Source of the DNA: Thermotogota bacterium
GTDB taxonomy: Bacteria > Thermotogota > Thermotogae > UBA12178
Direction of reading: 5' to 3'
Length of the DNA stretch: 26,633 nucleotides
Assembly (NCBI GenBank): GCA_003641795.1
Contig: QNAP01000001.1
Span: forward strand, 1-26,633
This document shows, piece after piece, positions 9,310 through 19,831 of the stretch. The position numbers and the translations under genes are program-made. The notes beneath the pieces are model-generated. The model searched no databases, was not told the DNA's origin, and worked only from the letters and a program-made list of their open reading frames with translations. Position 1 is the stretch's first letter, and every line of letters starts with the position of its first letter.

Positions 9310-10910
9310 TGAAATCCCGATCTAAGGGACATCTGGTATTGGTGCTCCATGCTCATCTTCCGTACGTACGCCATCCGGAATTCGAGGAATTCATGGAAGA
9401 GCGGTGGTTTTTCGAGGCTGTCACGGAGACTTACATACCATTGATAATGGTTTTCGAGCGACTTCAAAAAGATGGTATTGACTTCAAACTGACCATGAGC
9501 CTTACGCCTCCTCTTTTGGAAATGTTTGCCTCGCCCGACCTGCAGAAAAAGTACGAGCGTCACATGGAGAAACTAATAGAACTGGCAGACAGAGAAGTGA
9601 AGCGCACGAGGGAAGAAAACCCACGGGTTCACGAGTTAGCCCTCTATTACTCTCGACACTTCAGAGAAATACTCGATACGTACCGGCGCTACGGTAAGAA
9701 CCTGACAAATGGGTTCTTGAAATTCCAAGAGAGTGGAAACCTTGAGATCATAACATGTAACGCCACTCACGCGTTTCTGCCACTTTTGAGTCGACACAAG
9801 AGCGTGGTGAAGTCACAGATTGAAGTGAGCGTGCAATCCCACGAAAATCGATTGAAAAAACGTCCGAAAGGGATATGGCTTGCCGAATGTGGCTACTATC
9901 CTGGGGTCGACAAGTTTCTTTCTCATTTCAGGTTGGAATATTTCTTCGTAGACTCTCACGGATTGTGGTACGCCGATCACCAACCTCGTTATGGTGTCTA
10001 CAGACCTGTGGTAACACCTGAAGGTGTTTTCGTTTTCGCTCGCGATCCCGAGTCCAGCGAGGAAGTGTGGAGCGCACAGGTAGGGTATCCCGGCGATTCT
10101 CGTTATCGAGAATTTTACAGGGATGTCGGCTTCGACAGAGAATTGGAATATATCCGGCCTTACATAGATCGTAGCGGCGAGCGGATAAACACAGGGATCA
10201 AGTATCACAGGATCACGTCTAAGGGAATTGACCTGTCTAAAAAGGATTATTACGCTCTGGCAGACGCTATTGCTGCCGTCAAAGAGCATGCCGCAGACTT
10301 CGCAAGGAAGAAAGAACGGCAAATCGATCGTCTCTACAAACTCTTCGATGGAGTTGAACCTGTGATTGTCGCACCCTTTGATGCAGAACTCTTCGGCCAT
10401 TGGTGGTACGAGGGCCCGCTCTTTTTGGAGGAGCTCTTTAGAGTCCTCTCACAAAGGACGAGTGTCATTCCAAGCACACCTTCGGAGATCTTGGCCACTT
10501 ACGACGAATACCAAATGCTCACTCCCGCGGCTTCTACCTGGGGAGCCAACGGATACTTCGAAGTGTGGTTGAACGGAAGCAACGATTGGATATACAGGCA
10601 CTACGACGAGATGGCGGAGCGCATGGAAGAAGTAGTGCAACTCTTCCATACACCTACACCGTTGGAAGAGAGATGTTTGAACCAAATGCTGCGAGAGCTA
10701 TTTCTTGCGATTTCCAGCGATTGGGCGTTCATCATGACTACGGGAACCACTGTGGAATACGCGAAGAGTCGTGTGATAACACATGTTCTTAGGTTTCATC
10801 AACTCTACGGTCAGCTCAAGAGTGGTAGAATAGACCCAGATTATTTGAAGGAATTGGAATGGCAAGATGCCATCTTTCCTTGGCTGGATTTTAGGACCTT
10901 CAAAGTGTAA
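9309..10910 (+). CDS. GH57 1,4-alpha-glucan branching enzyme (DUF1957 / AmyC-like)
   Basis: GH57 conserved regions HAHLP, THAFLP, GIWLAECGY (nucleophile Glu), APFDAELFGHWW (acid/base Asp) and SSDWAF. TGATG coupling to the upstream gene; GTG9306 is an alternative start. Confidence 0.9.
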   Translation: MKSRSKGHLVLVLHAHLPYVRHPEFEEFMEERWFFEAVTETYIPLIMVFERLQKDGIDFKLTMSLTPPLLEMFASPDLQKKYERHMEKLIELADREVKRTREENPRVHELALYYSRHFREILDTYRRYGKNLTNGFLKFQESGNLEIITCNATHAFLPLLSRHKSVVKSQIEVSVQSHENRLKKRPKGIWLAECGYYPGVDKFLSHFRLEYFFVDSHGLWYADHQPRYGVYRPVVTPEGVFVFARDPESSEEVWSAQVGYPGDSRYREFYRDVGFDRELEYIRPYIDRSGERINTGIKYHRITSKGIDLSKKDYYALADAIAAVKEHAADFARKKERQIDRLYKLFDGVEPVIVAPFDAELFGHWWYEGPLFLEELFRVLSQRTSVIPSTPSEILATYDEYQMLTPAASTWGANGYFEVWLNGSNDWIYRHYDEMAERMEEVVQLFHTPTPLEERCLNQMLRELFLAISSDWAFIMTTGTTVEYAKSRVITHVLRFHQLYGQLKSGRIDPDYLKELEWQDAIFPWLDFRTFKV

Positions 10911-10925
10911 AGGAGGTATCGAAAA

Positions 10926-11510
10926 GTGCAGAGAACGATCAGTAAACTTTTGGAGATCAGATGGCATGGACGAGCAGGACAAGGCGCTAAGAGCGCTGCA
11001 CAGATACTCGCTGAAGCTGCTTTAGCTGAGGGGATGTACGTTCAAGCTTTCCCTGAGTACGGCGCCGAGCGTTCTGGAGCTCCAATGAGGGCATTCAACA
11101 AGATCAGTCCACGTTACATCAGATCACATTCACCGGTTCTCAATCCTGACGTGGTGCTTGTACTTGATGACACACTTCTTGGAGTTATACCCGTTACCGA
11201 TGGTATGAAAGAGGACTCCGTACTGATAGTAAACACTTCTCGAAGCGTCGACTGGGTGAAAAATAAGACAGGCTTTTCTGGGAAGATCTGTATCGTTAGG
11301 GCGACCGATATAGCCTTTGAAGAAACCGGCAGAGGGATGCCAAACACCTCCATGTTAGGTGCGTTGGTAAAGGTGACAGGCACAGTCTCCCTTGAAACCG
11401 TAGAGCAAAACATTCAAGGAACGTTGGAAGGCAAGATTCCAGCGAAAGTTCTGGAGGGTAACCTTAGAGCGCTTCGGAGGGGATTCGAGGAGGTGACCTG
11501 CGGTGGCTGA
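10926..11510 (+). CDS. porC: Pyruvate:ferredoxin oxidoreductase gamma subunit
   Basis: EIRWHGRAGQGAKSAA, AFPEYGAERSGAP and NTSMLGA; RBS AGGAGGT 10911-10917. Confidence 0.92.
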   Translation: MQRTISKLLEIRWHGRAGQGAKSAAQILAEAALAEGMYVQAFPEYGAERSGAPMRAFNKISPRYIRSHSPVLNPDVVLVLDDTLLGVIPVTDGMKEDSVLIVNTSRSVDWVKNKTGFSGKICIVRATDIAFEETGRGMPNTSMLGALVKVTGTVSLETVEQNIQGTLEGKIPAKVLEGNLRALRRGFEEVTCGG

Positions 11511-11805
11511 TCTCAAGAAATGGCACGAACTGCCCATTGGAGGGGTGATCGATAAGCCTGCAACAGCTCTGGCTTACAAAACCGGCAGTTGGAGGGTTAT
11601 GAGGCCTATTTGGCACGAAGACAAATGTACAAGCTGTATGATGTGCTGGTTGCATTGTCCAGACAATTCCATCGTTGTCAAGGGTGGAAAGATGACAGGA
11701 ATCGACTACGAGTATTGCAAAGGGTGCGGTGTGTGCGCCAGTGTTTGTCCAGTGAAGGCCATAGATATGGAACCGGAAACCAAGTTCCTCGAGGAGGCGG
11801 AGTAG
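11503..11805 (+). CDS. porD: Pyruvate:ferredoxin oxidoreductase delta subunit (2x[4Fe-4S])
   Basis: KTGSWRVMRP, CTSCMMCWLHCP and YCKGCGVCASVCP. Confidence 0.93.
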   Translation: MADLKKWHELPIGGVIDKPATALAYKTGSWRVMRPIWHEDKCTSCMMCWLHCPDNSIVVKGGKMTGIDYEYCKGCGVCASVCPVKAIDMEPETKFLEEAE

Positions 11806-11807
11806 CC

Positions 11808-12983
11808 ATGGTGGAGACCAAAAAATTGGCTTTAACGGGAGCGGAGGCCGTCGCCAACGCAATGAGGCAGATAGCTCCGGATGTGGTGGCTGCCTATCCT
11901 ATCACACCTCAAACCCCCATCGTGGAATATTTCTCTAAATTCGTGGCCGACGGTCTCGTGGATACCGAATTGATTCCGGTAGAGAGCGAGCACAGCGCCA
12001 TGAGCGCCGTGGTGGGCGCGGCCGCCGCTGGTGCGCGGGCGATGACGGCTACCAGTGCCAACGGTCTGGCTTTGATGCACGAGATCGTTTACATCGCTGC
12101 GAGCTTACGTCTTCCCATAGTGATGCCGGTAGTTAACAGGGCACTGAGTGGTCCTATAAATATCCACTGCGATCACAGCGATACCATGGCGGAACGTGAT
12201 TCTGGTTGGGTGCAGTTCTTCGTTGAAAACGCCCAAGAAGCTTATGATTTAACACTCATCGGCCTGAAACTTGCGGAACATCCGGATGTACAGCTACCGG
12301 TGATGGTCAATCAAGACGGGTTCATCATTTCACACGGTGTGGAACCCGTGGAACTCCTTCCTGACGACATGGTAAGAAGTTTCGTGGGTGAAAGGGAACC
12401 CGTCTATTCCCTGCTTGATGTGGAAAATCCTGTGACTTTTGGTCCCTTAGACCTCTACGATTACTACTTCGAACACAAACGTCAGCAAATTGCGGCCATG
12501 GAGAAAGTCTTCGAAGTGTTTCCAAAAGTTGTGGAAGAATTTGAGAAGATTTCTGGGCGTCGTTACGCTTGCGTCGAAGCCTACAGGCTGGACGACGCCG
12601 AACATGTGATGGTGGCTTTGGGATCGACCTGCGGTACTATAAAGGATGTGGTTGACGAACTGAGAGAAGAGGGCAAGAAGGTGGGACTGTTGAAGCTGTG
12701 GATGTTCCGACCTTTCCCAAAAGAGCAGGTACAGCGCTATCTCTACGGTAGGAAGAGTGTAGTGGTTCTCGACAGGTCTGCGAGCTTTGGTGCCGAAGCG
12801 CCGCTATACGCTGAAATCAAATCCGCACTTTACGAATCTCCCACGAAACCTTTGATAGGTTCCTACATCTACGGATTGGGTGGAAGGGAGATCCTTCCGC
12901 GACACATACGCCAAGCTTTCGAAGCGGCTATTAATGGAGATCTGCTCGCCGACGGGCAGGGCTATCTGGGTTTGCGAGAATGA
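11808..12983 (+). CDS. porA: Pyruvate:ferredoxin oxidoreductase alpha subunit
   Basis: AAYPITPQT, ESEHSAMSA, TATSANGL and VNRALSGP; ATG11808 after GGAGGCGGAG. The ORF-track upstream extension is an alternative frame of porD. Confidence 0.93.
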   Translation: MVETKKLALTGAEAVANAMRQIAPDVVAAYPITPQTPIVEYFSKFVADGLVDTELIPVESEHSAMSAVVGAAAAGARAMTATSANGLALMHEIVYIAASLRLPIVMPVVNRALSGPINIHCDHSDTMAERDSGWVQFFVENAQEAYDLTLIGLKLAEHPDVQLPVMVNQDGFIISHGVEPVELLPDDMVRSFVGEREPVYSLLDVENPVTFGPLDLYDYYFEHKRQQIAAMEKVFEVFPKVVEEFEKISGRRYACVEAYRLDDAEHVMVALGSTCGTIKDVVDELREEGKKVGLLKLWMFRPFPKEQVQRYLYGRKSVVVLDRSASFGAEAPLYAEIKSALYESPTKPLIGSYIYGLGGREILPRHIRQAFEAAINGDLLADGQGYLGLRE

Positions 12984-12997
12984 GGGGGTGTTGAATC

Positions 12998-13975
12998 ATG
13001 GCGGTAAATCTGAAGCAGCTTGCTGTAGAATTCGAGGATCCTAACAAGATTGGTATCACCAGTGGCCACCGTCTTTGTCCGGGTTGTGCAGCTCCGATGA
13101 CGGCGAAAATGGCTTTGATGGTAGCAAAACATCTCGGATACGACGTGGTGGTAGGGCTCGCCACGGGATGTCTCGAGGTTTCAACCACCATCTTCCCATA
13201 CAGTGCTTGGAGTGTACCTTACATTCACAACGCCTTCGAGAACGTAGCGGCCACCATCAGCGGTGTAGAAACCGCTTATAGGGCTCTCAAAAAGCGCGGA
13301 AAATTGAAAAGAGAGAAACCCATAAAGTTCATAGCTTTTGGTGGGGATGGAGGTACCTACGACATAGGTCTCCAAGCGCTTTCTGGAGCTGTTGAAAGGG
13401 GTCACGACTTTCTCTACATCCTTTATGATAATGAGGGTTACATGAACACCGGAAACCAGAGATCGGGTTCTACACCTCCGGGTTCTTACACCACCACCGC
13501 TCCAGTGGGCAAGAAACTGCCTGGCAAGCCCCAACTCAAGAAAAACATCGTGGAAATCGTGGCAGCACATGAGAATGTCTATGCAGCAACAGCCACGGTG
13601 GGTGAGCCTATAGATTACATGAACAAGGTGGAGAAAGCGCTTAACTTCGAGGGGCCGTCTTTTATAGCGGTTCTCTCACCGTGTGTCAGGTTTTGGCGGA
13701 TACCCAATGACGCTGCCGTTTCTATAACGAAGTTGGCAGTTCAGAGCAAGTATTGGCCTTTATACGAAGTTGAAAAGGGTGTCTACAGAATAACCAAGAA
13801 GCCCCGGAGTTTCAAACCGATCAGAGATTTCTTGGAGCAGCAAGGAAGATTCAGGGCTTTGCTTAGTAGGCCCGATGCCGACAAGGTTATCTCCATGCTC
13901 CAAGATTACGTCGATAAGAGGTGGGAAAGACTTCTGGCATTGGAAGAAGCTACGAAGGATAAGCCTGCCCGATGA
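12998..13975 (+). CDS. porB: Pyruvate:ferredoxin oxidoreductase beta subunit
   Basis: GHRLCPGC, ATGCLEV, TPP motif GGDGG...YDNEGYMNTG and LSPC. Confidence 0.93.
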   Translation: MAVNLKQLAVEFEDPNKIGITSGHRLCPGCAAPMTAKMALMVAKHLGYDVVVGLATGCLEVSTTIFPYSAWSVPYIHNAFENVAATISGVETAYRALKKRGKLKREKPIKFIAFGGDGGTYDIGLQALSGAVERGHDFLYILYDNEGYMNTGNQRSGSTPPGSYTTTAPVGKKLPGKPQLKKNIVEIVAAHENVYAATATVGEPIDYMNKVEKALNFEGPSFIAVLSPCVRFWRIPNDAAVSITKLAVQSKYWPLYEVEKGVYRITKKPRSFKPIRDFLEQQGRFRALLSRPDADKVISMLQDYVDKRWERLLALEEATKDKPAR

Positions 13976-13978
13976 TTT

Positions 13979-14016
13979 GGTGCGTTTCTATTATGCACCC
14001 AGCTGAAAAGACAGCT
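13979..14016 (+). other. Two small tandem hairpins in the porB-PPIase gap
   Basis: GGTGCGT/ATGCACC (13979-13999, one G-U) and AGCTG/CAGCT (14001-14016); no U-tract follows. Confidence 0.3.
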
Positions 14017-14038
14017 CTGAACGGAGGAGAGATATCGG

Positions 14039-16033
14039 ATGAGAAGATGGTTTGTTAAACGTCAGAAGATCATCATCTGGAGCATTGCCATCGCCTTTGC
14101 CCTTGGGGTTATTTGGTGGGCCGTGGCGGGATTCATTTCAAGGAGAGCTCCCCAAAGCACATCCAATACAGCTGTGGAATTTTCACCTGAAGACGCCCTT
14201 GCTTACTTGACCAAGAACGGCACCCCGCTGGACCATGATTACTGGGTGTTCGATGGGGAGTTGGAGCTAACCTTTCAAGATACCATCGATTATTACCGGG
14301 CGCTTGGAGCGCAGCTGGACGACGTCTTCGATTACCCCGTTCTTCGTTCCAGCGTTCTCAAGAACCTCATCGATCAGAAAATCGTCCGCTATTACGCTGC
14401 ACATCACGGACTCTTGCCGTCGAGAGATGAAGTTACAGCGGAGTTGGAAAAGCAAGTGCAACAACTCCTTTCGGATGAGCAAAGTAAGCAATACTTTCTC
14501 TCTCGATATGGCAGTGTGGACAATCTGAAGAGGCGCCTTAAGCCGCGTATAGAAAGCTCCTTGATCCTTTCAAGGGTGAGAAATACGGTCGTTAACGTAA
14601 CCGATAGCGATGTGGAGAGTTACTACGATAAAAACCGGGACACGATAAGGCAGGAATACGAAGAGGCCAAAGTGAAACACATCCTGGTCTCTGATGAAGC
14701 CACTGCTCAACGTTTGAAAGACGAGATCTTGGCGGGTACTATGACCTTCGAAAAAGCAGCCAGCGAATTTTCTTTGGATCAACAGACAGCGCTCCAGGGT
14801 GGGGAGCTCGGTTGGATCAAGCACGGACAAACGGTTCCAGAGTTCGAAAACGCCATCTTTAGCGCTACCCTTGGAGAACTGGTGGGACCCGTTAGAACGG
14901 TTTACGGGTATCATCTTCTGGAGGTTGAGGACAGGGTCAAACTTGACAACTTCGAAGATCTGAAAAACGCAACACAGGTTTACAGCGAGATAAAGGCCAA
15001 GATAGAAGACGAGCGATTTCGGAAATGGAAGGAGGGGTTCATCACTTCCGAAAAGCTCGCGTGGGTAATAAACGACGAGATCATGAAGGTTTACCTCGAA
15101 TACTTGGAAGGGGACGACGAAAAGCACGAAGAGCTCTTCGAGTGCCTCGATTCCCAGCTCTTTTCCACCAGTGCCACTGACTCCACCGCTGTCGAGCTGG
15201 CAAAAGAAGTGGACGAACAACTGATGACCCTCTATATAACGCTTGCGGAAAAGATGAACGAAGAACTCAAAGAAGAAGAACTCGACTACACCCGTTTCGT
15301 CAACCTTATGGGTTCCGAGAACTTTGATGCTTCGCTTTTGGCTCAATCGACGGAGACGCTCTCCGAAAAAGCGAATGAATACATAAATCTCGCACAAGAA
15401 GCTACTTCTGAAAGTGTCGTGGATAGATACCTCGACGAGTATTTCAAGTATTACGATGCGTACTTGGTGAAGGATATATTGCATAGGCATCCAAATCTCT
15501 CCTTGGAGGAAGCCAAGAAGCGACTCGAAAGTGTGAAGTCGCGAATTCAAGAATTTGACAACAAGCGTAAGTTGGTACTTTACGCGCTTTACGAGGTGAC
15601 ACCTTCGTCGAGAAGAGTGGTTTCCAAGCTCTACGAGTTGGACCCGTCGAACATGGAGATACGCTACGCGTATTTTAAATCCCGATACGATACCATCAAA
15701 GACTACATCAAAGACCCGCAGATATATCAAGCTTACAGTCAGTATTTGCAGCCTGAAGTTATCGAGATAAGGACGGGTCTGGAAACATTGGCCTACTCTA
15801 CTAAAGCTGCAACGGACCTCAGGATCTCAGCTTTGGAAGTTCTCGCCGAGATGAGCGAATCCATCGGTGACGTGAAGTCGGAACTCTCTTACCTGCGCAC
15901 GTTGAAGGAAATCGATCCCGCTTACTCTGGCATAGACGAGATGATAGCATCGTTGGAAGAAGCCGTGGCAAAGGCGAGTACGACGACCTCAACCATAACG
16001 ACACCTAGCGAGCTTTCGACACCATCAAACTAA
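14039..16033 (+). CDS. Membrane-anchored parvulin-type peptidyl-prolyl isomerase (PpiD/PrsA/SurA-like) with long C-terminal helical extension
   Basis: N-terminal basic stretch plus TM helix, a SurA-N-like helical region, and a rotamase domain (KHILV, SEFSLD, GGELGW, VPEFE, VRTVYGYHLLEV); about 340 further aa end in a Thr/Ser-rich tail. RBS GGAGGAG. Confidence 0.85.
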   Translation: MRRWFVKRQKIIIWSIAIAFALGVIWWAVAGFISRRAPQSTSNTAVEFSPEDALAYLTKNGTPLDHDYWVFDGELELTFQDTIDYYRALGAQLDDVFDYPVLRSSVLKNLIDQKIVRYYAAHHGLLPSRDEVTAELEKQVQQLLSDEQSKQYFLSRYGSVDNLKRRLKPRIESSLILSRVRNTVVNVTDSDVESYYDKNRDTIRQEYEEAKVKHILVSDEATAQRLKDEILAGTMTFEKAASEFSLDQQTALQGGELGWIKHGQTVPEFENAIFSATLGELVGPVRTVYGYHLLEVEDRVKLDNFEDLKNATQVYSEIKAKIEDERFRKWKEGFITSEKLAWVINDEIMKVYLEYLEGDDEKHEELFECLDSQLFSTSATDSTAVELAKEVDEQLMTLYITLAEKMNEELKEEELDYTRFVNLMGSENFDASLLAQSTETLSEKANEYINLAQEATSESVVDRYLDEYFKYYDAYLVKDILHRHPNLSLEEAKKRLESVKSRIQEFDNKRKLVLYALYEVTPSSRRVVSKLYELDPSNMEIRYAYFKSRYDTIKDYIKDPQIYQAYSQYLQPEVIEIRTGLETLAYSTKAATDLRISALEVLAEMSESIGDVKSELSYLRTLKEIDPAYSGIDEMIASLEEAVAKASTTTSTITTPSELSTPSN

Positions 16034-16047
16034 CTGAGGGTATCGTG

Positions 16048-16902
16048 ATGAAGATATTTCTTGAAGGAGTCGAACGTGAGGACCTCGATCGTTTTGTCTC
16101 AGAAACTGATGAATTCTGCACCGATGCGGAATCGGCCGACCTGGTGGTGTTGAAAACACAAGGCGATTCGGCCAGCATTGGAAGACCATTGCTTGTGAAA
16201 ACGGAGAACGGATGGCGTTTGATAACACAAGATCTTGAGATGACAATGAGTGACCTTGGATTGCTGAGAGCGGCATACGAAGTTCTTGTAAACGGTAAAC
16301 ATTTCTGGGAGATATTCGTCCATGTCGAGAGATTCAAAAAACTCGTGGGAAACCTTTTAAAAAGCCTCATCGTGATGATGGAAGTGGAAGACGAGAACGG
16401 CATGAGCCATTCTCAACGGGTTACTGACCTAGTTGTCGAATTCGCCAAGTTTTTGGGTCTTTCGGAAAGTGTGAGAGAGTTTCTACAGGATGCCACGATG
16501 TTGCACGATATAGGCAGGGTGGGGCTTGAGCAGCTCATGCTCTACACACCAACACGTCTCAGAGTGTTAGAAGATCACGAGTCGGATCATACGGTAGTGG
16601 GAAGCTTGCTCCTTGCAACACTGGAACATTTTGATGCATACGTTCCCATCGCAAGATCACACCATGAACGTTGGGACGGAAAGGGATACCCGGATGGTCT
16701 CAAAGGTGAACAAATACCGTATCTGGCGCGCATAGTGGCTATAGTGGACTGGTACGATTGGGCAACTACGACGGTCTCTTCAGAATTCGACTGGGGGCCT
16801 CTCGACAAGGAGGCAGCTCTGAAAAAGATAGAGGTCATGGCGGGAAAACATTTCGATCCTCATCTGGCAAAAACGTTTATAGAGTTCATGAAACAGAGGT
16901 GA
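16048..16902 (+). CDS. HD-GYP-type metal-dependent phosphohydrolase, variant
   Basis: [38 protein letters not shown] and GKHFDP; GTG16045 is an alternative start. Confidence 0.85.
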   Translation: MKIFLEGVEREDLDRFVSETDEFCTDAESADLVVLKTQGDSASIGRPLLVKTENGWRLITQDLEMTMSDLGLLRAAYEVLVNGKHFWEIFVHVERFKKLVGNLLKSLIVMMEVEDENGMSHSQRVTDLVVEFAKFLGLSESVREFLQDATMLHDIGRVGLEQLMLYTPTRLRVLEDHESDHTVVGSLLLATLEHFDAYVPIARSHHERWDGKGYPDGLKGEQIPYLARIVAIVDWYDWATTTVSSEFDWGPLDKEAALKKIEVMAGKHFDPHLAKTFIEFMKQR

Positions 16903-16906
16903 TGTT

Positions 16907-17776
16907 GTGTACCTACAGGATTTGATCACCGAATTGAACGACTTCTGGGAGCGACACGGATGCATTATCGATCAACCTTATGATGTGGAAGTCGGTGCTG
17001 GAACCTTTCATCCCTCCACCTTCTTCCGCGTTCTCGGTAGTGAACCATGGAAAGTGGCTTTTGTACAGCCTTGTCGTCGTCCCACCGATGGCAGATACGG
17101 CGAAAATCCCTACCGCATGCAGCGTTATTTCCAGTATCAAGTCATCGTGAAGCCGTCTCCAAAAGAATCGCAGCAGCTCTTCATAGATTCCCTCGTGCAT
17201 CTGGGTATAGATCCAAAGAAGCACGAACTTCGATTCGTGGAAGATAACTGGGAATCTCCAACTTTAGGAGCTTGGGGCGTTGGCTGGGAAGTCTGGCTCG
17301 ACGGCATGGAGATCACCCAATTCACTTACTTTCAGCAAATGGCTGGTTTCGAGCTCTCAAGCGTTCCCTTAGAGATCACTTATGGACTGGAGCGTATCGC
17401 CATGTTTCTCCAAAACGTTGAAAATCTCTTCGAAGTGCGCTGGAACGAGCACGTGACCTATGGAGAAGTCTTCAAAGAGAACGAGTATCAGTTTTCTGTA
17501 TACAACTTCGAGATGGCCAACACCGAGATGCTCTTCGGACTCTTCAACGAGTATTACTCTGAGTGTGAAAGGCTTCTCGAGCGGGAGTTATACCTTCCCG
17601 CATACGACTTCGTCATGAAGTGCTCTCACACATTCAACGTGCTGGATGCCAGAAACGCCATCAGTCAGGTTCAACGCCAAGCATTCATTGGAAAGATCAG
17701 AGCGTTGGCTAAAAGATGTGCGGAAAGCTATCTCGGGTGTAAACAAAGGAGCGAGTCCAATGCAGGTGCTCTTTGA
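16907..17776 (+). CDS. glyQ: Glycine--tRNA ligase alpha subunit
   Basis: [51 protein letters not shown] and EITYGLER. Confidence 0.97.
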   Translation: MYLQDLITELNDFWERHGCIIDQPYDVEVGAGTFHPSTFFRVLGSEPWKVAFVQPCRRPTDGRYGENPYRMQRYFQYQVIVKPSPKESQQLFIDSLVHLGIDPKKHELRFVEDNWESPTLGAWGVGWEVWLDGMEITQFTYFQQMAGFELSSVPLEITYGLERIAMFLQNVENLFEVRWNEHVTYGEVFKENEYQFSVYNFEMANTEMLFGLFNEYYSECERLLERELYLPAYDFVMKCSHTFNVLDARNAISQVQRQAFIGKIRALAKRCAESYLGCKQRSESNAGAL

Positions 17777-19805
17777 GATAGGCATCGAAGAATTGCCCGA
17801 GAGCGAGGTTTTCTCCATTGAGGAACAGCTCCGAACGATCACCCGGAAGGTCTTTGAAAATCATCGAGTGAATGTTTCGGATCTCGATGTTTTCGTGGCA
17901 GCTCGACGGATAGGATTTCTCGCGAAAGTCGCGGATTATCAGAGAGAAAACGTGCGCGAGAAACGAGGCCCGGCGCGTTCTATCGCCTTCGACAAAGAGG
18001 GACGTCCCACAAAGGCTTTGGAGGGCTTTCTCCGCTCCTGCGGAGTTACGCTGGACGATATAAAGGTGCGCGAAAATGATAAGGGTACTTACGTTTACGC
18101 GATCATCAAAGAGCCAGGCAAACCAACAGAAGAGATCTTGGACGAGGTCGTCGATGAAGTGGTCAGGAGCTTGCATTTTGCCAGGCCAATGAGGTGGGGG
18201 GAAAACGTCGGTCCTTTTGTTCGGCCGGTACATTGGATCGTCCTTTTGGCGAACGGTAGGCCAATGAAATTCTCCGCTTTTAAAGTGGTTTCCAATCGCG
18301 TGAGTTTTTCACATCGCTACCTTGGGATTCCCTTCACCGTGGATGATCCTTCCCAGTATTTAGATCTATGCCGTCGCCACATGATCGTTCCGAAGATCGC
18401 CGATCGGAGATCCAAAGTTGTGGAGCAGTTGCGAGAAGTGGAAGAGACTCGAGATGTAGAAATAGTGAAGGACAACGAGTTAATCGATGAAGTTGTGGCA
18501 TTGACGGAATATCCCACCGCCTTTCTTGGAGAATTCAAAAGAGATTTTCTGGAATTGCCAGAAGAAGTAGTGAAAACCACTTTGAAGCATCATCAAAGGG
18601 TTTTCGCCGTGTTGAAAGATGGGAATCTACAGAATGCTTTCGTTGCCTTCGTTGATGGACCGAGAGAGCTTTCAGAGAGCGCGTCCGCTGGTTACTCTCG
18701 GGTGATTAACGCCAGGCTTGATGACGCCAAATTCTACTTTGAGCGCGATCGAAAAAGGAAACTTGCTGACTTCGTAGCCGATCTCGAAGGGGTGGTTTTC
18801 CAACACGATCTCGGAACGTTGAAAGATAAGGTTGGGCGAATACAGCGATTGAGTGCTTTCATACTGAAAGGACTCGGGAATAGGGATCCAAAGGTTGAAT
18901 CTCTTGTAGATCGTGCGGCATTTCTTTCAAAAGCTGACACGGCGACCATGCTGGTCTATGAATTCCCGGAGCTTCAGGGTGTTGTGGGTAGGATATACGC
19001 TTCCATGGATGGCGAGCCCCAAGAGGTGTGCCAAGCCTTGGAAGAGCAATATCAAGATGTTCCGTCCGGCGTTGTGGGCGCGGTCGTATCAGTGGCCGAT
19101 AAGATCGATACCATAGTCGGCAACTTCGCCGTTGGGAACGTACCCAGCGGTTCGAGAGATCCCTACGGTCTTAAGCGGAAGGCTATTTCTGTGGTGAAAA
19201 CCCTCATCGGTTTTGAGTGGGATTTACCGTTAGACAAGCTTTTCCAGCGAGCACTCGAATTACTAAACATGGATCAAGAGGAAACACTTCGAGAATTGGA
19301 CGAGTTCTTCAGGGTCCGACTGGAGGGTTTTCTGCAGGAAGAGAAGGGATTCGACTATGATGTTGTCCGTGCATCATTGGAACTTTCCAATAAACCGTTG
19401 AGAGCGTTTTTAAGTGCTACGGCACTTCAAGAAATCAAAGGATCGGATCTGTACGACGATCTGGTGGTGGGATTCGAACGTGTTTTCAACATCACTAAGA
19501 ACCACACCGAGACGTATTTCGACTCGAGGCACTTCGTAGAAAAGGCTGAATTCGATCTATTCGAGGTCTTCCTTCAGGTGGAATCCGCTGTGGAAGACTT
19601 CATCGCGCACCTGGATTATCGTGGTGCGATGCGCAAGTTGGCCGAGTTGAGACGTCATATCGACAGGTACTTCGACGAAGTCTTCGTCATGGACAGAGAT
19701 CTCTCCGTGAGGATGAACAGATTGTCGTTTTTGAAGAGGATCGCACTTTTGTTCAAGAAAGTCGGTGATCTGAACTGGCTCGAAAGATCCGAAGAAGAGC
19801 AATAA
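17760..19805 (+). CDS. glyS: Glycine--tRNA ligase beta subunit
   Basis: [49 protein letters not shown] and [10 protein letters not shown]; ATG17760 after AAGGAG, overlapping the glyQ end. Confidence 0.96.
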   Translation: MQVLFEIGIEELPESEVFSIEEQLRTITRKVFENHRVNVSDLDVFVAARRIGFLAKVADYQRENVREKRGPARSIAFDKEGRPTKALEGFLRSCGVTLDDIKVRENDKGTYVYAIIKEPGKPTEEILDEVVDEVVRSLHFARPMRWGENVGPFVRPVHWIVLLANGRPMKFSAFKVVSNRVSFSHRYLGIPFTVDDPSQYLDLCRRHMIVPKIADRRSKVVEQLREVEETRDVEIVKDNELIDEVVALTEYPTAFLGEFKRDFLELPEEVVKTTLKHHQRVFAVLKDGNLQNAFVAFVDGPRELSESASAGYSRVINARLDDAKFYFERDRKRKLADFVADLEGVVFQHDLGTLKDKVGRIQRLSAFILKGLGNRDPKVESLVDRAAFLSKADTATMLVYEFPELQGVVGRIYASMDGEPQEVCQALEEQYQDVPSGVVGAVVSVADKIDTIVGNFAVGNVPSGSRDPYGLKRKAISVVKTLIGFEWDLPLDKLFQRALELLNMDQEETLRELDEFFRVRLEGFLQEEKGFDYDVVRASLELSNKPLRAFLSATALQEIKGSDLYDDLVVGFERVFNITKNHTETYFDSRHFVEKAEFDLFEVFLQVESAVEDFIAHLDYRGAMRKLAELRRHIDRYFDEVFVMDRDLSVRMNRLSFLKRIALLFKKVGDLNWLERSEEEQ

Positions 19806-19831
19806 ACAGAGGACAATAGAGGGTGATCCTG

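Noticed and set aside
11589-11807. 73-aa N-terminal extension of porA in the ORF track
   Set aside because: It is an alternative frame of porD; PorA homology and a good RBS start at ATG11808.
14570-15730. 386-aa antisense ORF
   Set aside because: It lies wholly opposite the PPIase gene, has no recognisable motif or RBS, and is typical of a shadow ORF from sense-strand codon bias.
16890-16910. T-box regulation of glyQS
   Set aside because: Only 4 nt separate glyQ from the upstream gene, leaving no room for a leader.
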